64,000 nt of DNA from Octopus vulgaris (taxonomy: Eukaryota), in assembly GCA_951406725.2 (NCBI GenBank), contig OX597815.1, positions 199,702,001-199,766,000 of the forward strand, written 5' to 3'. Position numbers and translations under genes: made by a program. Position 1 is the first letter of the stretch. Each line of letters opens with the position of its first letter. The notes under the pieces were generated by a model, which saw only the letters and a list, made by a program, of their open reading frames with translations, made no database searches and had not been told where the DNA came from. This document shows, in pieces, positions 41,363 to 53,810 of the stretch.

Positions 41363-42060
41363 AAAGACCCCCTTCGGTCATGAATGACCATGGGATTGCA
41401 CCTAGAAAGTTACCCTCCTAGACACAAGTCCGGGCAAGGTTGTTTATGGAAGACCAGCAGTCGCCCATGCATACCAGCCTCCCTCTCCACGCCACCAGTG
41501 TTATCCAAGGGAAAGGCAAAGGGGCCGATACAGCTTGGCACCTGTGACGTCGCAACTCATTTCTACAGCTGAGTGAACTGGAGCAACGTGAAATAAAGTG
41601 CCTTGCTCGAGAACACAACACGCAGCCCGGTCCGGGATTCGAGCTCACTACCTCACGATCGTAAGCTCGACGCTCTAACCACTGAGCCATGCGCCTTCAT
41701 ATATATATATATTTTTTTTTTTTGAGACCCCCTTCGGTCATGAATGACCATGGGATTGCACCTAGAAAGTTACCCTCCTAGACACAAGTCCGGGCAAGGT
41801 TGTTTATGGAAGACCAGCAGTCGCCCATGCATACCAGCCTCCCCTCTCCACGCCACTGATGTTATCAAAGGGAAAGACAAAGGTCGATACAGCTTGGCAC
41901 CAGTGACGTCGCAACTCATTTCTACAGCTGAGTGAACTGGAGCAATGTGAAATAAAGTGCCTTTGCTCAAGAACACAACACGCAGCCCGGTCCGGGATTC
42001 GAGCTCACAACCTCACGATCGTAAGCTCGACGCTCTAACCACCGAGCCATGCGCCTTCAC
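41363..42060 (-). mobile_element. Two tandem SINEs, head D + tail Y (41363-41699, 41725-42060)
   Basis: Near-identical 335-bp direct copies with A/B boxes and a CORE-like segment. Confidence 0.9.
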
Positions 42061-42187
42061 TGCTATTATATAATTGTGATTATGGTAGGATTGGCATTTA
42101 TATCCATTCGTGTGAAGATGCTAAGATTTGTACTGTTTACTCTCGCTGCTGTTTAGCTCAGCATCAACTGTCATCAAGTTAACATAT

Positions 42188-42389
42188 ACTCTTTTGCCCT
42201 TTTACTTGTTTCAGTCATTTGACTGTGGCCATGCTGGAGCATCGCCTTTTAGTCGAGCAAATCGAACCCAGGACTTATTCTTTGTAAGCCTTCTACTTAT
42301 TCTATCAGGGTCTTTTTGCCGAACCGCTAAGTTACGGGGACGTAAACCCACCAGCATCGGTTATCAAGCGATGGTGGGGGATAAACACA

Positions 42390-42429
<40 letters not shown>

Positions 42430-42626
42430 CACACACATAGACATATATATATGCATATATACGATGGGCTTCTTTTAGTTTCCGCCTACCAAATCCATTC
42501 ACAAGGCTTTGGTCGGCCCGAGGCTATAGTAGAAGACACTTGCCCAAGGTGCATCGCAGTGGGACTGAACCCGGAATCATGTGGTTCATAAACAAGCTAC
42601 TTACCACACAGCCACTCCTGCGCCTA
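42188..42626 (-). mobile_element. SINE family B
   Basis: Family homology. Confidence 0.9.
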
Positions 42627-42636
42627 TATGATAATG

Positions 42637-42697
<61 letters not shown>

Positions 42698-42708
42698 TAA
42701 TAATAATG

Positions 42709-42777
<69 letters not shown>

Positions 42778-42778
<1 letters not shown>

Positions 42779-43015
42779 GTGCAAAAGATTGTCTTAACTG
42801 GTACATCACACGTATTGAGAAGAGCATTGTCGATGTGAGAACTGTTGCTGCTCATGTATTTTAAATTAACTTAAAAAAAAAAAAAAAAAAAAATGAACGA
42901 ACTCTTGAGTTTGGTTTAATGGCCTACCAATGTATACTATGAGTTTCTTTGCCCTAGGAGTCGGGAAGACACCCGGCAAGAAATGGAAGCAAATTTGAAA
43001 GAAGAAAAAAAAAGT
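42778..43015 (+). mobile_element. R4/Dong-like 3' end in (TAA)n
   Basis: VQKIVLTGTSHVLRRALSM*; (TAA)n on both sides. Confidence 0.75.
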
Positions 43016-43235
43016 AATAATAATAATAATAATGAACAAATGTCCCGAAGCGACCATGCCGTCTTTTGTTTTCAAAAGACATAGTGTAGCTCATAGACTA
43101 CAGTATTTCAACGTGTCCTGCCTCATTGTTTCGACGCTTGGACATGGAACGAGGGTGATTTTGCTGCTATATCAAACCAAGTAGATCAGTACGTCGAGGA
43201 TCCTTCGTTGACTAGAAAAGAAATAAGCACGCATT

Positions 43236-43445
43236 GTTATTGTTGTTTCAACCACAGGTCAATCCTAATGAAGCAGACTTATGCTCCGAGACATTCCAGC
43301 CGTGACTATCCTGTCGTATTTTTCGACATGATAAAGCGAGGGCTAACATAAAACAAGGCAATCATTCTTTTATTCAGATGGTAGAGAGGTAATTGATGGA
43401 GATTTGGCTTCTATTTCTAGCCAGTAACAACCACGTAGGAACGCA
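43236..43445 (+). repeat. Old interspersed repeat family E (also near 396, 5190, 20820, 24105, 26380, 43050, 58530, 60440, 63585)
   Basis: Recurrent motifs caggtca..gatcgagcagacctatga..cattccagccgtgac and gagatttggctgctatttctag. Confidence 0.6.
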
Positions 43446-43505
43446 ATTATTAACAGTGACGAAAGAAAACACGACACAAATGTAAATATACATACAAAAT
43501 ACATA

Positions 43506-43884
43506 TCTTTATATATAAAAGTGAGGTTGTGTGCTGTCTGTCTCCTACGATTTAGATTCCTAACTACTCCCACATTTTGCGGTGCAGTTTATAGTCGTGA
43601 TTTATATCGAGCCCTTCTGGGTATTAGCGCGCGTCTACGATGAGTCTACGATTTAAAAAAAAATTTACAATCAATTTTTCCCATTTTTAATGCATTTTTG
43701 GCATATATAAGCGAAGTATCTCTCTAAAAATTTATTATTAAATCTCAGAACATAAAAAGCTACAGTAACACCCTCTCCCTTTGTGGTTAGCCATATTGAG
43801 ATGGCTATTATACTTTACATCTTTAAAAATGCTTATATAGTTATTTCCCTTACAAACCCGAGCAACGCCGGGCGATACTGCTAG
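43506..43884 (+). mobile_element. Non-autonomous Helitron
   Basis: a|TC...cccgagcaacgccggg..CTAG|t. Confidence 0.88.
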
Positions 43885-44212
43885 TACAATATAGAACCAA
43901 AATAAAACTATTGGCTCTAAGACGCGACACATGTATAAGTAACGCAAAAGAAAATGTCCTATGCGACGGGAACGGGAAAGGAGACAGATGGAAAAAGAGA
44001 AGGAAAGAATAAAAAACATGTTGAAAATAGGGTAGGGAGCGAGAGAAACGTGACTGAACGAGTAGCGGTCAGGCGGAAAAGGAAATGGAACAGAGAGATG
44101 GGAGAGGTCACAGGTGACATTGTAGTGGCACGCGAGAGGAAACGTGGTGGAGGGTGGAGAGAACGAAAATAGCAGAGTGGTAAGTTGTTGAGGGAAGGAG
44201 AAAGGGGGAGAT

Positions 44213-44214
<2 letters not shown>

Positions 44215-44271
<57 letters not shown>

Positions 44272-44302
44272 TGAGAGAGAGAGAGAGAAAGAGAGAGATA
44301 GT

Positions 44303-44398
<96 letters not shown>

Positions 44399-44529
44399 AA
44401 GCGACAGGAGAGAAGAAATGGTGGAAGGTAGAGAGACAGAAATGAACAGAGATTAAGTTGATGAGAGAGGATAGGAGAAAGAAAGAGAGAGGGAGAGAGG
44501 AGAGGAAGAGTGGGAGAGAGAGAGGAATT

Positions 44530-44570
<41 letters not shown>
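44215..44570. repeat. (GA)n
   Basis: Read directly from the sequence. Confidence 0.97.
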
Positions 44571-44573
<3 letters not shown>

Positions 44574-44729
44574 CGTGCAAAAAATCTCCGGCTGAATAGC
44601 TGACGATGAGGGTGCATAGCGTTACGTTAAATAACAAGTTCCATATGCATGTCATTATTCAAAAAGGAAAGAACCGGTTTCTAACCCAGATCCTAGGTTC
44701 CTTCATTGGAATTTCAGCATCAACAACAG

Positions 44730-45085
44730 AGTATTTTTGTATGTATGTATGTGCAGATTTGCATGTTTTGTGCATATATTCTCATGCACATAGTTGCATA
44801 TCTAGACATGCTCATATATGTTTAAATGATAAACTTCTGGAAAGTTTTACAGATTTTTACACTTCCAGTGATGGATTGGATCTGTAGTCTTCGAATTAGC
44901 TTTCTCCTTTCTGGTTTTGAGAATCCTAATTTCTCAAGATTGTTATTTAGGCAGTGTCTTACATATCCCAGGGCCCCAATAATTACGGGTATAAACCTGA
45001 ACTTGTAATCTGGATAGAGTAACTGTAGATTCCTCAATAGTTCATCGTAGGTGTTCTCTTTTTCACTGATCTTCAGCTTTATGGG
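44730..45085 (-). pseudogene. RLE-type non-LTR retrotransposon C-terminus
   Basis: [36 protein letters not shown]...LQIQSITGSVKICKTF. Confidence 0.75.
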
Positions 45086-45190
45086 CAGCTAATTTCCACA
45101 ACTGTGCACAGTTTCACTATGTATGTATGTATGTATGTATGTATGTATGTATGTATGTATGTATGTATGTATGTATGTATGTATGTATGT

Positions 45191-45481
45191 ATGATGAGGG
45201 ACAACCTGGCCACTAGTGGTGGTGTAACACACCATACTAATCATATCTGTCAGGCATGTGGAAGAGAGTGTAATTCGGCAGGTGGACTTAAACGACATGC
45301 ACAGGTACATGAAGCCCAGTTACAACTACAGCCGGCTATTACCAGAAAAGGTCTTAGTTGCCAATTCTGTACAAGACATTGTAGATCTTTAGCTGGGCTA
45401 AAAAGTCACATTCGATCACAGTACCAGTAACAGTTAAGCTTCGTGCAATGGCCATACTCGATTACGAGGGGGCAGCCATAA
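45191..45481 (+). mobile_element. RTE-like LINE 3' end with two C2H2 fingers, in (TATG)n
   Basis: CQACGRECNSAGGLKRHAQVH and CQFCTRHCRSLAGLKSHIRS*, then a short UTR hairpin ctcgattacgag. Confidence 0.7.
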
Positions 45482-47142
45482 TGTATGTATGTATGTATGT
45501 ATGTATGTATGTATGTATAATAGGTGTGTGTGTGTGTGTGTGTGTATGCATGTATGTTGTAAAAGTTTGGTTTGTTTTGACTTCAATCAATAGTTTAAGA
45601 ATTTTAGAGCGTATCAATTTTTTTTATATATTATGTTACGGATTTCTTAACATCTTCGATTTCACCCCATAACTTAAAACTTGTTAGAAGCGTAACATTC
45701 GAACACACATCGTCACAAGCAGAATGATATAATTTCTATATCATTCTGCATCGTTAATCATTATTCTACCATCAAACATATTTCAATTCAATTTAGAAAA
45801 TATCGAGGCCCCGAAGTCAGCCAATACCCCAGAGGCACCCAAATAGTGTTTCTTGGCGCATTAGCGTCAGAGGCAACTAGTTATAGAACTAAAAACTAAA
45901 ATTATATTTAGAAAAATATGAAGAATACGAACAGAAATTTCTAAATATAGATTCTGAATACAATATAAAACATAAGCGTGTTTGCTAAACTAAACTAAGG
46001 GCCGGAGGTGGAGAGTAAGTGTCTTCCTGTCTTCTAATTAATTTACGGTCATTTAGGTACGTTATGTGAAAGAGAAAGAAGGAAAGGAAAATTTCAGTTT
46101 TTGATCATTATAAAATGTATGGAATAATCTTCAGAGTCGAGATATTCTCTTTGTAAGCTGACGATTCTATAGAGATTAGTAACAAAACACAATTACATTT
46201 ATTCATTTAATTGATTAAAAACAAATTATAATCGGTTTGTTTATTTCTCTATCTCTCTCTCTCTCTTTCTCTGTCTCTCTTTCTCTTTTTATCTCTCTTT
46301 TTCTCTCTCTCTAACTTTCTCTCTCTCTTTTTCTATCTCTCCATCTCTTTCTCTCTCACGCACTTCAAAGAAATACTGTGTACTACAAAGGGTTTTGATG
46401 TCTTTTATACTTTTCAGCCCACCTTGAAAGTTATAAATACTGTAGGAAATCGTATGTCGGAATTTGTACTGATCAGGCTTCAATCCATTATAGGTTTTAT
46501 AAAAGGTTTTGTTTACACGGCTCGTAAAACAGAAAATAACAGAAAATATCTTTATAGTATCCAGATGTGTTGCTCTCTGTATAGAGCGATCTACGTTTCC
46601 GGACATTACAAATGGAATTTAAACAATGTATTAAAGTTGTTGAATCACCTAATTTCATTAGAAGACCATTGAAAACTCGTTTATTTAAATAAATTTAAAT
46701 CGATGGGGATTCACGGTAGAGCTGTTTAATTTCATACTCAGAAGGCAAGTGACTGCTACAAGGTAAAGCACTACGTCGAGTAAATAAAATCCAGAAGGAA
46801 TCTCGTGTACCTTTTGTGGAAGAAAAACAGGAAAGCTTAATATATTCTCGTATACTCCTGTGATTACCTTTGATGTTAAATCAAAATTTCTTGATTGGAA
46901 TATTTAGCAGAAATTTTTACACATTTTTAAGTAGTGTCAACGGAAACACGAAAATGTAAAGATAAAAATATTCTCATTTTGACAGGTGTACTGAGTGCAT
47001 TACAGGTAAAAATAGAAAATTTGAGAAAATAGAGCAAAAGATGATAACTGAACTGCTTCTCTTAACATGAAAACCAGCTCGAAAGAAATAATTCCCATTG
47101 AAATTAGCTTTTGATAACCTTGGAAGAGAAAGTTTAAATTTA

Positions 47143-47708
47143 TTGGGTTGTCCGGAAAGTTCGTGCCGATTTATAGTAGCTTACATTTCGACTTATTTTA
47201 GAACATGGTTGAGTCCATAAAATAGGGTTTGACTGCACCTCCATTTAGAGCATAGTTTAAGCTATCTTTTCGTGGAAGAAGGTTTATGTTCCTAGAACCT
47301 GTGTTAATTCTGTAACCCTTTAAAATGGAAGATAAGAAAGTTTATATTCGACACTTGATGCTTTGGGAATCAGACAAAAATTGCTGCAGCTCGGCTGGGA
47401 TGTGTTAATCCATCTTCCATATTCACCAGATATAGCTCCTTCGGATTTCCACTTATTCAGGTCTCTGAAGAATAGACTTAATGGTAAAAATTTCAATTCC
47501 TTGGATGACGTAAAAAGATACCTTGATAAATGTTTTGCCACGAGACCCCCTCAATTCTGGGAAGAGGGTATTTTCAAGTTAAAGGAAAGATGGAGACGCA
47601 TTGTGCAACAAAATGGTTCACATTTGGTTGATTAAAAATGTAACGACAAGTATTTATTGACCTTTTTCTTTCCTTTAAAAATCGGCACGAACTTTCCGGA
47701 CAACCCAA
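47143..47708 (+). mobile_element. Internally deleted mariner with perfect TIRs and TA TSD
   Basis: TIR ttgggttgtccggaaagttcgtgccgattt at both ends; MEDKKVYIRHLMLWE joined to QKLLQLGWDVLIHLPYSPDIAPSDFHLF. Confidence 0.95.
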
Positions 47709-47789
47709 TATTTCGTCATCATTAGACACAAGCGCATATATTTGGGTTCAAAAAGCGTTAATAAAAAATATTTCACCTGATTCTGGTTT

Positions 47790-48240
47790 TGCAATTATCC
47801 ATGCTGGAACATCACCTTGTAGGATTGGTCGAACACATCGTCCCCCACTACTTATTTTAAAGTCTAGTGCTTAATTTATCATCCCTTTTGTCGAACCATA
47901 ATGTTACGGAGACGTAAACAAACTAACACCAGTTGCCAAACGCTGGGAGGACAAACACAGACACGCACAAACAATTCTACATACATAGATACTTAGATAC
48001 ATGCATGCAAATATACATACATATAGTTATGCATGTATGTACACACACACACACACACACACACATACACACACACGATGGGCTTCTTACAGTTTCCGTC
48101 GACCAAATTACACTCTAGGCATTGGTCATCCCAATGCTATAGTAGAAGCTATTTGCCCAACTTGCTGTGCACTGGTACTGAACCGAAAACAATATGGTTC
48201 CGAAGCGAACTACTCTGCAACAGAGCCATGCCATCATACA
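47790..48240 (-). mobile_element. SINE family B, decayed
   Basis: Family homology. Confidence 0.75.
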
Positions 48241-48382
48241 TAATTTTTATAATATATGTATAAACACTGCTTGGCGTTAACATTCCTCGATCGGCTGATC
48301 TACCAGCGCAATTCAGTCAAGGTTGTTGAGTGAATTTTACGTAAAGCTATTGCTTTATATGTTTGTTCAGAGTTGCCTCTCC

Positions 48383-48441
48383 TAGGTACAGCTCATTGAC
48401 AAGAGCCAAGAAGCTTGAAACATCGATGTCTGGGATTCCTA
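48383..48441 (+). ncRNA. Full-length type I hammerhead ribozyme (Sm-alpha-like), U3-A8 core
   Basis: taggtacagctca-TTGACAA-gagc caagaa gctt-GAAA-catcgatg-TC-tgggattccta; GUC triplet, palindromic stem III, GGUACA/AUUCC internal loop. Confidence 0.8.
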
Positions 48442-48734
48442 ATAGATGGCGACACTGAACAAACCGGGTGATTCACACCTTTTTTTTACCAGAAGAGTGA
48501 TATTTCCTCCACGGTAAGTAACTGCAGTAAATTTTCATGTTAACGGTTGAAATGTCACAAACATATTCTAACGAACCTAAATTTTTCTTATGCCTAAACA
48601 CTGTTTAACGCTAACAATTAGGTATTCTATAATATATATGTATACAATTATTTCTATAAATTGAACCAAAGTTAAAAAGGAAATGTGCCGCAGCTCCTAA
48701 TTTACGCGGTGGTTTGACCATCTCGAAAGAGTTC

Positions 48735-48870
48735 AAACGCTGCTGAGGTCTATTTTAACTTTCATCCTTTCGGGGTTGACTGAATGAGTTACCTGTTGAA
48801 CACAGGGGTCGATGTAAAAGATTTACTCCTTCCCTGAAATTGCAGGCTTCGTGGCAAAATCTGAAAGCAA
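48735..48870 (+). mobile_element. SINE family A, decayed
   Basis: Family homology. Confidence 0.6.
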
Positions 48871-49795
48871 TAAAATACCAGTCAAATTTGTCACCCTGTG
48901 CTAAAGTAAAAAACTTGGTAATTTGGTTCAGACATTGGTACTTGAGCACAACGCTCTGAGAAATTACAACCGTGTTTCGTGGTCTGCTATCACAACTGCT
49001 CCTTTATAGGATCCAGTTAGCTCAATACATAATCAGGAGGAACCATGCCCGGTTTCGGCCCCTACTCCTCTACCGTTTTGACGTAGTGGAGCCCCACTTT
49101 CGGAGGGGTCTTCAGCTCTGGTGCTGGGTGCATGTCTTCTTTCTTCTGTTCCCTGGCCTCTTCGATGTAGCGTCAACGAGTGTCAGCCGGCGACTGACTG
49201 AAGTCCAAATTTATATCTTTAATTATAACTGGTTTGTTTTGAAATGTCTTTAATTTATTTTCGAAAATTACTTTTTAGTAAGTTATTTTTATATTAAATA
49301 CTCATCCCATTCCTGTTTAGCATGCTATATGTTGGGTGGACTGTTGGCTATATTTATTAGACAAAAAAATAAGTGACCATTTAAAAAAATAGTTACACTA
49401 TAAAAATGAAATGCGATATAAATACGATCTAGAAATACATTGAATGGAAATATTTTTACAATTTGAGTTGCATAGCAACATAACATTTTCTAGATATTAA
49501 TGGCTATAATAGTTAGTAATAGTAATATATTTAAACACTGACCACATGTTTAAGGGGGGAATTTTTCTGCTTGCTATATCATTTGTTAACATTTTTTTTT
49601 TGGTTAATAATGGGTTAAATATTTCTTCCGATTTCGAAACGAAATGGGAAGAATGTAACCATACTTGTCGATGATATTCTTGTTGTGGTTTACTGGTTTA
49701 TTGTTTATACACATGTCAAACCCTCTTCAGCAAACCTATGCTCAAAGGCATTTCACCCGTAAACAGCCTATCTTTCTCTATATTTATATCTATCT

Positions 49796-50180
49796 GGAGG
49801 CGCAATGGCCCAGTGGTTAGGGCAGCGGACTCGCGGTCATAGGATCGCGGTTTCGATTCCCAGACCGGGCGTTGTGAGTGTTTATTGAGCGAAAACACCT
49901 AAAAGCTCCACGAGGCTCCGGCAGGGGATGGTGGTGATCCCTGCTGTACTCTTTCACCACAACTTTCTCTCACTCTTACTTCCTGTTTCTGTTGTACCTG
50001 TATTTCAAGGGACCGGCCTTGTCACTCTCTGTGTCACACTGAATATCCCTGAGAACTACGTTAAGGGTGCACGTGTCTGTGGAGTGCTCAGCCACTTACA
50101 CGTTAATTTCACGAGCAGGCTGTTCCGTTGATTCGGATCAACCGGAACCCTCATCGTCGTAACCGACGGAGTGCTTCCAC
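49796..50180 (+). mobile_element. SINE family C with TSD atctatct
   Basis: TSD at 49788-49795 and 50181-50188. Confidence 0.92.
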
Positions 50181-50225
50181 ATCTATCTAAATATGTATGT
50201 GCATACAGATATAAGTGTGTGTGTA

Positions 50226-50500
50226 TGAAGGTACCTAGTGGTTAGGGTGTTGCATTCACGATCGTAGTATCACAGTTTAAAATTCCCAGATCACAGTTTC
50301 GATTCCCAGCGCGTCGTTCTTGAGCAAAACACTTCACTTCCCGTTGCTCTAGACGTAAATAGATAACCGTGTGACGGACTGGCCTTCTGTCCAGAGGGAA
50401 AGTTGGTTTGCTCTCCTAGCCAGCGGAGTGGCATCGTTCGAAAGCTAAAACAATGCGAGGAAGCGCATAGTGACCAGCGCTATAGTAAAACGACCGATAG
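50226..50500 (+). mobile_element. SINE head D, decayed, with variant tail
   Basis: ctagtggttagggtgt..ttcttgagcaaaacactt. Confidence 0.6.
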
Positions 50501-50530
50501 TCGACTTCTCTCCTTGTTTTTTCTGTGTCC

Positions 50531-50566
50531 CTTTCTGTAGAAGAGCGTAGGCTCGAAACGTAAAAG
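50531..50566 (+). ncRNA. Minimal hammerhead-like motif with CUGUAGA core, in element 50510-50657
   Basis: cttt-CTGTAGA-a-gagc gtag gctc-GAAA-cg-TA-aaag; element ends in (TA)n. Confidence 0.7.
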
Positions 50567-50654
50567 ACTTTTCCAATTCCTGAGCGTTATACTAATACAT
50601 CTGTTTGTTTTGTACACCACCTGTCTTCGTCTTTTGTCTTTTTTTGTAAACTCT

Positions 50655-50698
<44 letters not shown>

Positions 50699-50701
<3 letters not shown>

Positions 50702-50912
50702 GAGGCGCAATGGCCTAGTGGTTAGGGCAGCGGACTCGCGGTCGCAGGATCGCGGTTTCGATTCTCAGACCGGGCGTTGTGTGTGTTTATTGAGCGAAAA
50801 CACCTAAAAGCTCTACGAGGCTCCGGCAGGGGGTGGTGATCCCGCTGTACTCTTTCACCACAATGGCGGTGCCCCAGCATGGCCACAGGTCAAGAGCTGA
50901 AACTGGAAAAAC
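50699..50912 (+). mobile_element. Chimeric SINE: head C + tail B/LINE 3' end
   Basis: Head C to about 50861, then aatggcggtgccccagcatggccacag..ctgaaac + poly(A). Confidence 0.85.
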
Positions 50913-50913
50913 A

Positions 50914-50981
<68 letters not shown>

Positions 50982-50985
50982 TACA

Positions 50986-52380
50986 CTAGCAGTAAATCCC
51001 GGCGTTGCCCGTGATCGAGTCTAGCCATATCGTCTTTGGTGGGGAAGTAGAATCGGGCATACTTCTGAAGCAATGTCTTTTCTCAACCAATCGAGTATAT
51101 GTTCTCTTGTCATTTTAACTAAAAGGTAAAATGATATTGGACATGCAGCAATGAACAATTGTAACACGAATGTTCAAGAAACGAGAAGTTCTTACCGTTC
51201 CCCCCTAGTTGTTGCGATTGTATCACCTCCTTGTACGCATTGTTCCGTGTTTTCCCGTTTTTGGCAAAGGCAGAAATATCCGTCTTGCTTCTCCCTCTCG
51301 AACAGCCTGCTTACAGTTGTTCGTGTGAAAGACAAGACACTTCCAGTAGAAGACCAGCCACAGATAGGGTTTGGACATCGCAAAGCTGACACAGATTGGG
51401 AATTGGAGCCTCCAAAATGAAAAGGGAACGTCCGCTCCTGATGAAATGAGGGGAATTCTTGGAATAAATACGTCGTCCCCTTCTCTATATCCCGATAAAA
51501 TGGTGGCTACGATGACATGGGGTAGATTCCTTTTTACAACCAGTCTTGAACCATTACAGAGCTGCTGTAGTTCCAGATTCCGAAGCAGCATTATCGGAAT
51601 TCCTTCCTTGAGTTCCAATGCATGTGTAGACCGTGAATATATATATATATATTCGATTTGTTCTATCTCCCAAAGGGAGTGCTCTAAAAGCATGCATTGT
51701 TTTGCAATCTGTGACTGAGAGCCTAATGCATGTTTATTTCAAAAATTGGGAGTATGGTTCCGGAGATAAACCCAGAAATGCATTTTTTTTTGAGTCGGTT
51801 TTTCCCGTCCTGTGCTCAAAGTAAACAAAATTTGAAAAATCGATATACCTATTTCTTTTCTACCCACAAGGGGCTAAACACAGAGAGGACAACCAAGGAC
51901 AGACAAACGGATTAAGTCGATTACATCGACCCCAGTGCGTAACTGGTACTTATTTAATCGACTCCGAAAGGATGAAAGGCAAAGTCGACCTCGGCGGAAT
52001 TTGAACTCAGAACGTAACGGCACACGAAATTCCTATTTCTTTACTACTCACAAGGGGCTAAACACAGAGAGGACAAACAAGGACAGACAAACGGATTAAG
52101 TCGATTACATAGACCCCAGTGCGAACTGGTACTTATTTAATCGACTCCGAAAGGATGAAAGGCAAAGTCGACCTCGGCGGAATTTGAACTCAGAACGTAG
52201 CGGCAGACGAAATACCGCTACGCATTTCGCCCGACATGCTAACGATTCTGCCAGCTCGCCGCCTTTTCTGCCAGCTAGACTCCTTGGACCAAAATACATA
52301 TGTGTATGAAACTGGTGAAAATCGGACAAACGGAGTTGACGTGATGCGCACATTGTGTCGATCAAGTTATACATATAGGA
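50986..52380 (-). mobile_element. Internally deleted Helitron with Pif1-like helicase fragment (about 51200-51630)
   Basis: LELKEGIPIMLLRNL..LCNGSRLVV..VFIPRIPL..RLQFPICVSFAMS; 3' hairpin + CTAG at 50986; probable 5' TC at 52380. Confidence 0.85.
51848..52264 (-). mobile_element. SINE family A dimer inserted in the Helitron
   Basis: Same dimer junction as 25058 and 25846. Confidence 0.9.
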
Positions 52381-52540
52381 TTATAAAATCTCGAGTGTTT
52401 TCCCTTTTAAAGGCGTTAGAGCGCAATTTGAAGGGAATTGAATTGTTATATTTATCAAAAAGAAGGACGAAGGAAACGCCATATTTCTTATTTTCGACTA
52501 CCAAGCTCTTTTCAGTTTCCGGCATTTTAGCGCTTTGCTA

Positions 52541-52930
52541 TACTCTCTTTTACTCTTTTATACTTGTTTCAGTCATTTGACTGTGGCCATGCTGGAGCAC
52601 CGCCTTTAGTCGATCAAATCAACCCCGGGACTTATTCTTTGTAAGCCCAGTACTTATTCTATCGGTCTCTTTTGCCGAACCGCTAGGTGACGGGGACGTA
52701 AACACACCAGCATCGGTTGTCAAGCAATGCTAGGGGAACAAACACACACACATACATATATATATACATATATACGACAGGCTTCTTTCAGTTTCCGTCT
52801 ACCAAATCCACTCACGAGGCATTGGTCGGCCCGGGGCTATAGCAGAAGACAATTGCCCAAGATACCACGCAATGGGACTGAACCCAGAACCATGTGGTTG
52901 GTTAGCAAGCTACTTACCACACAGCCACTC
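52541..52930 (-). mobile_element. SINE family B
   Basis: Family homology. Confidence 0.9.
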
Positions 52931-52935
52931 ATATA

Positions 52936-53038
<103 letters not shown>

Positions 53039-53341
53039 AGAGAGAGAGGCATATACATACACACACATACATACACACACATTATTAAGCAATAAGAAGA
53101 AAATACTTCGAGAATTTTATCAAAAGAAAGAAAATATTTACATTTTTGATCAAAATATGCTTAAGATTTCAATCGTTTTATAAGACGATTCAGCCATGCT
53201 GTAAGAGAAGTTAAAGTTTATTGAAATAAATTAAATTCAATTAATCTTTTATGATATATCAGTTCTGAAAGTTCACATGTTTTTCTTACAAAATTTACAT
53301 GTTTCTGGTAGTTTGGTTCCTTTTGATTGGCTGTTGGGTCT

Positions 53342-53687
53342 TAGTTGTAGTAGTAGTAGTAGTAGTAACAGCAAGAGCAACAGCAGTAGTAGTAGTAGTA
53401 GTAGCAGCAGCAACAGGAACAACAACAGTAGCAGCAGCAACAGTGGTAGTAGTAGTAGCAGCAGCAGTAGTAGCAGTAGTAGTAGTAGTAGTAGTAACAG
53501 CTGGAGCAACAGCAGTAGTAGTGGTACTAGTAGCAGCAACAGCAGCGGCAGCAGCAGCAGCAGTGGTAGTAGTAGTAGTAGTATTAGTAGTAGTAGTAGT
53601 AGCAGTAGTAGTAGTAACAGCTGGAGCAACAGCAGTAGTAGTAGTACTAGTAGCAGCAGCAGCAGCAGGAGCAACAGGAACAACAGC

Positions 53688-53718
<31 letters not shown>

Positions 53719-53774
53719 ACAGCAGGAGCAATAGCAGTAATATTAGTAATAGTAGCAGCAGCAGCAGCAACAGG

Positions 53775-53810
<36 letters not shown>

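Noticed and set aside
48492-48512. 21-nt microexon (tttttttaccag|...ccacg|gtaagt)
   Set aside because: Good splice signals, but such matches arise by chance, it abuts the hammerhead element, and no flanking exons are identifiable; needs RNA-seq
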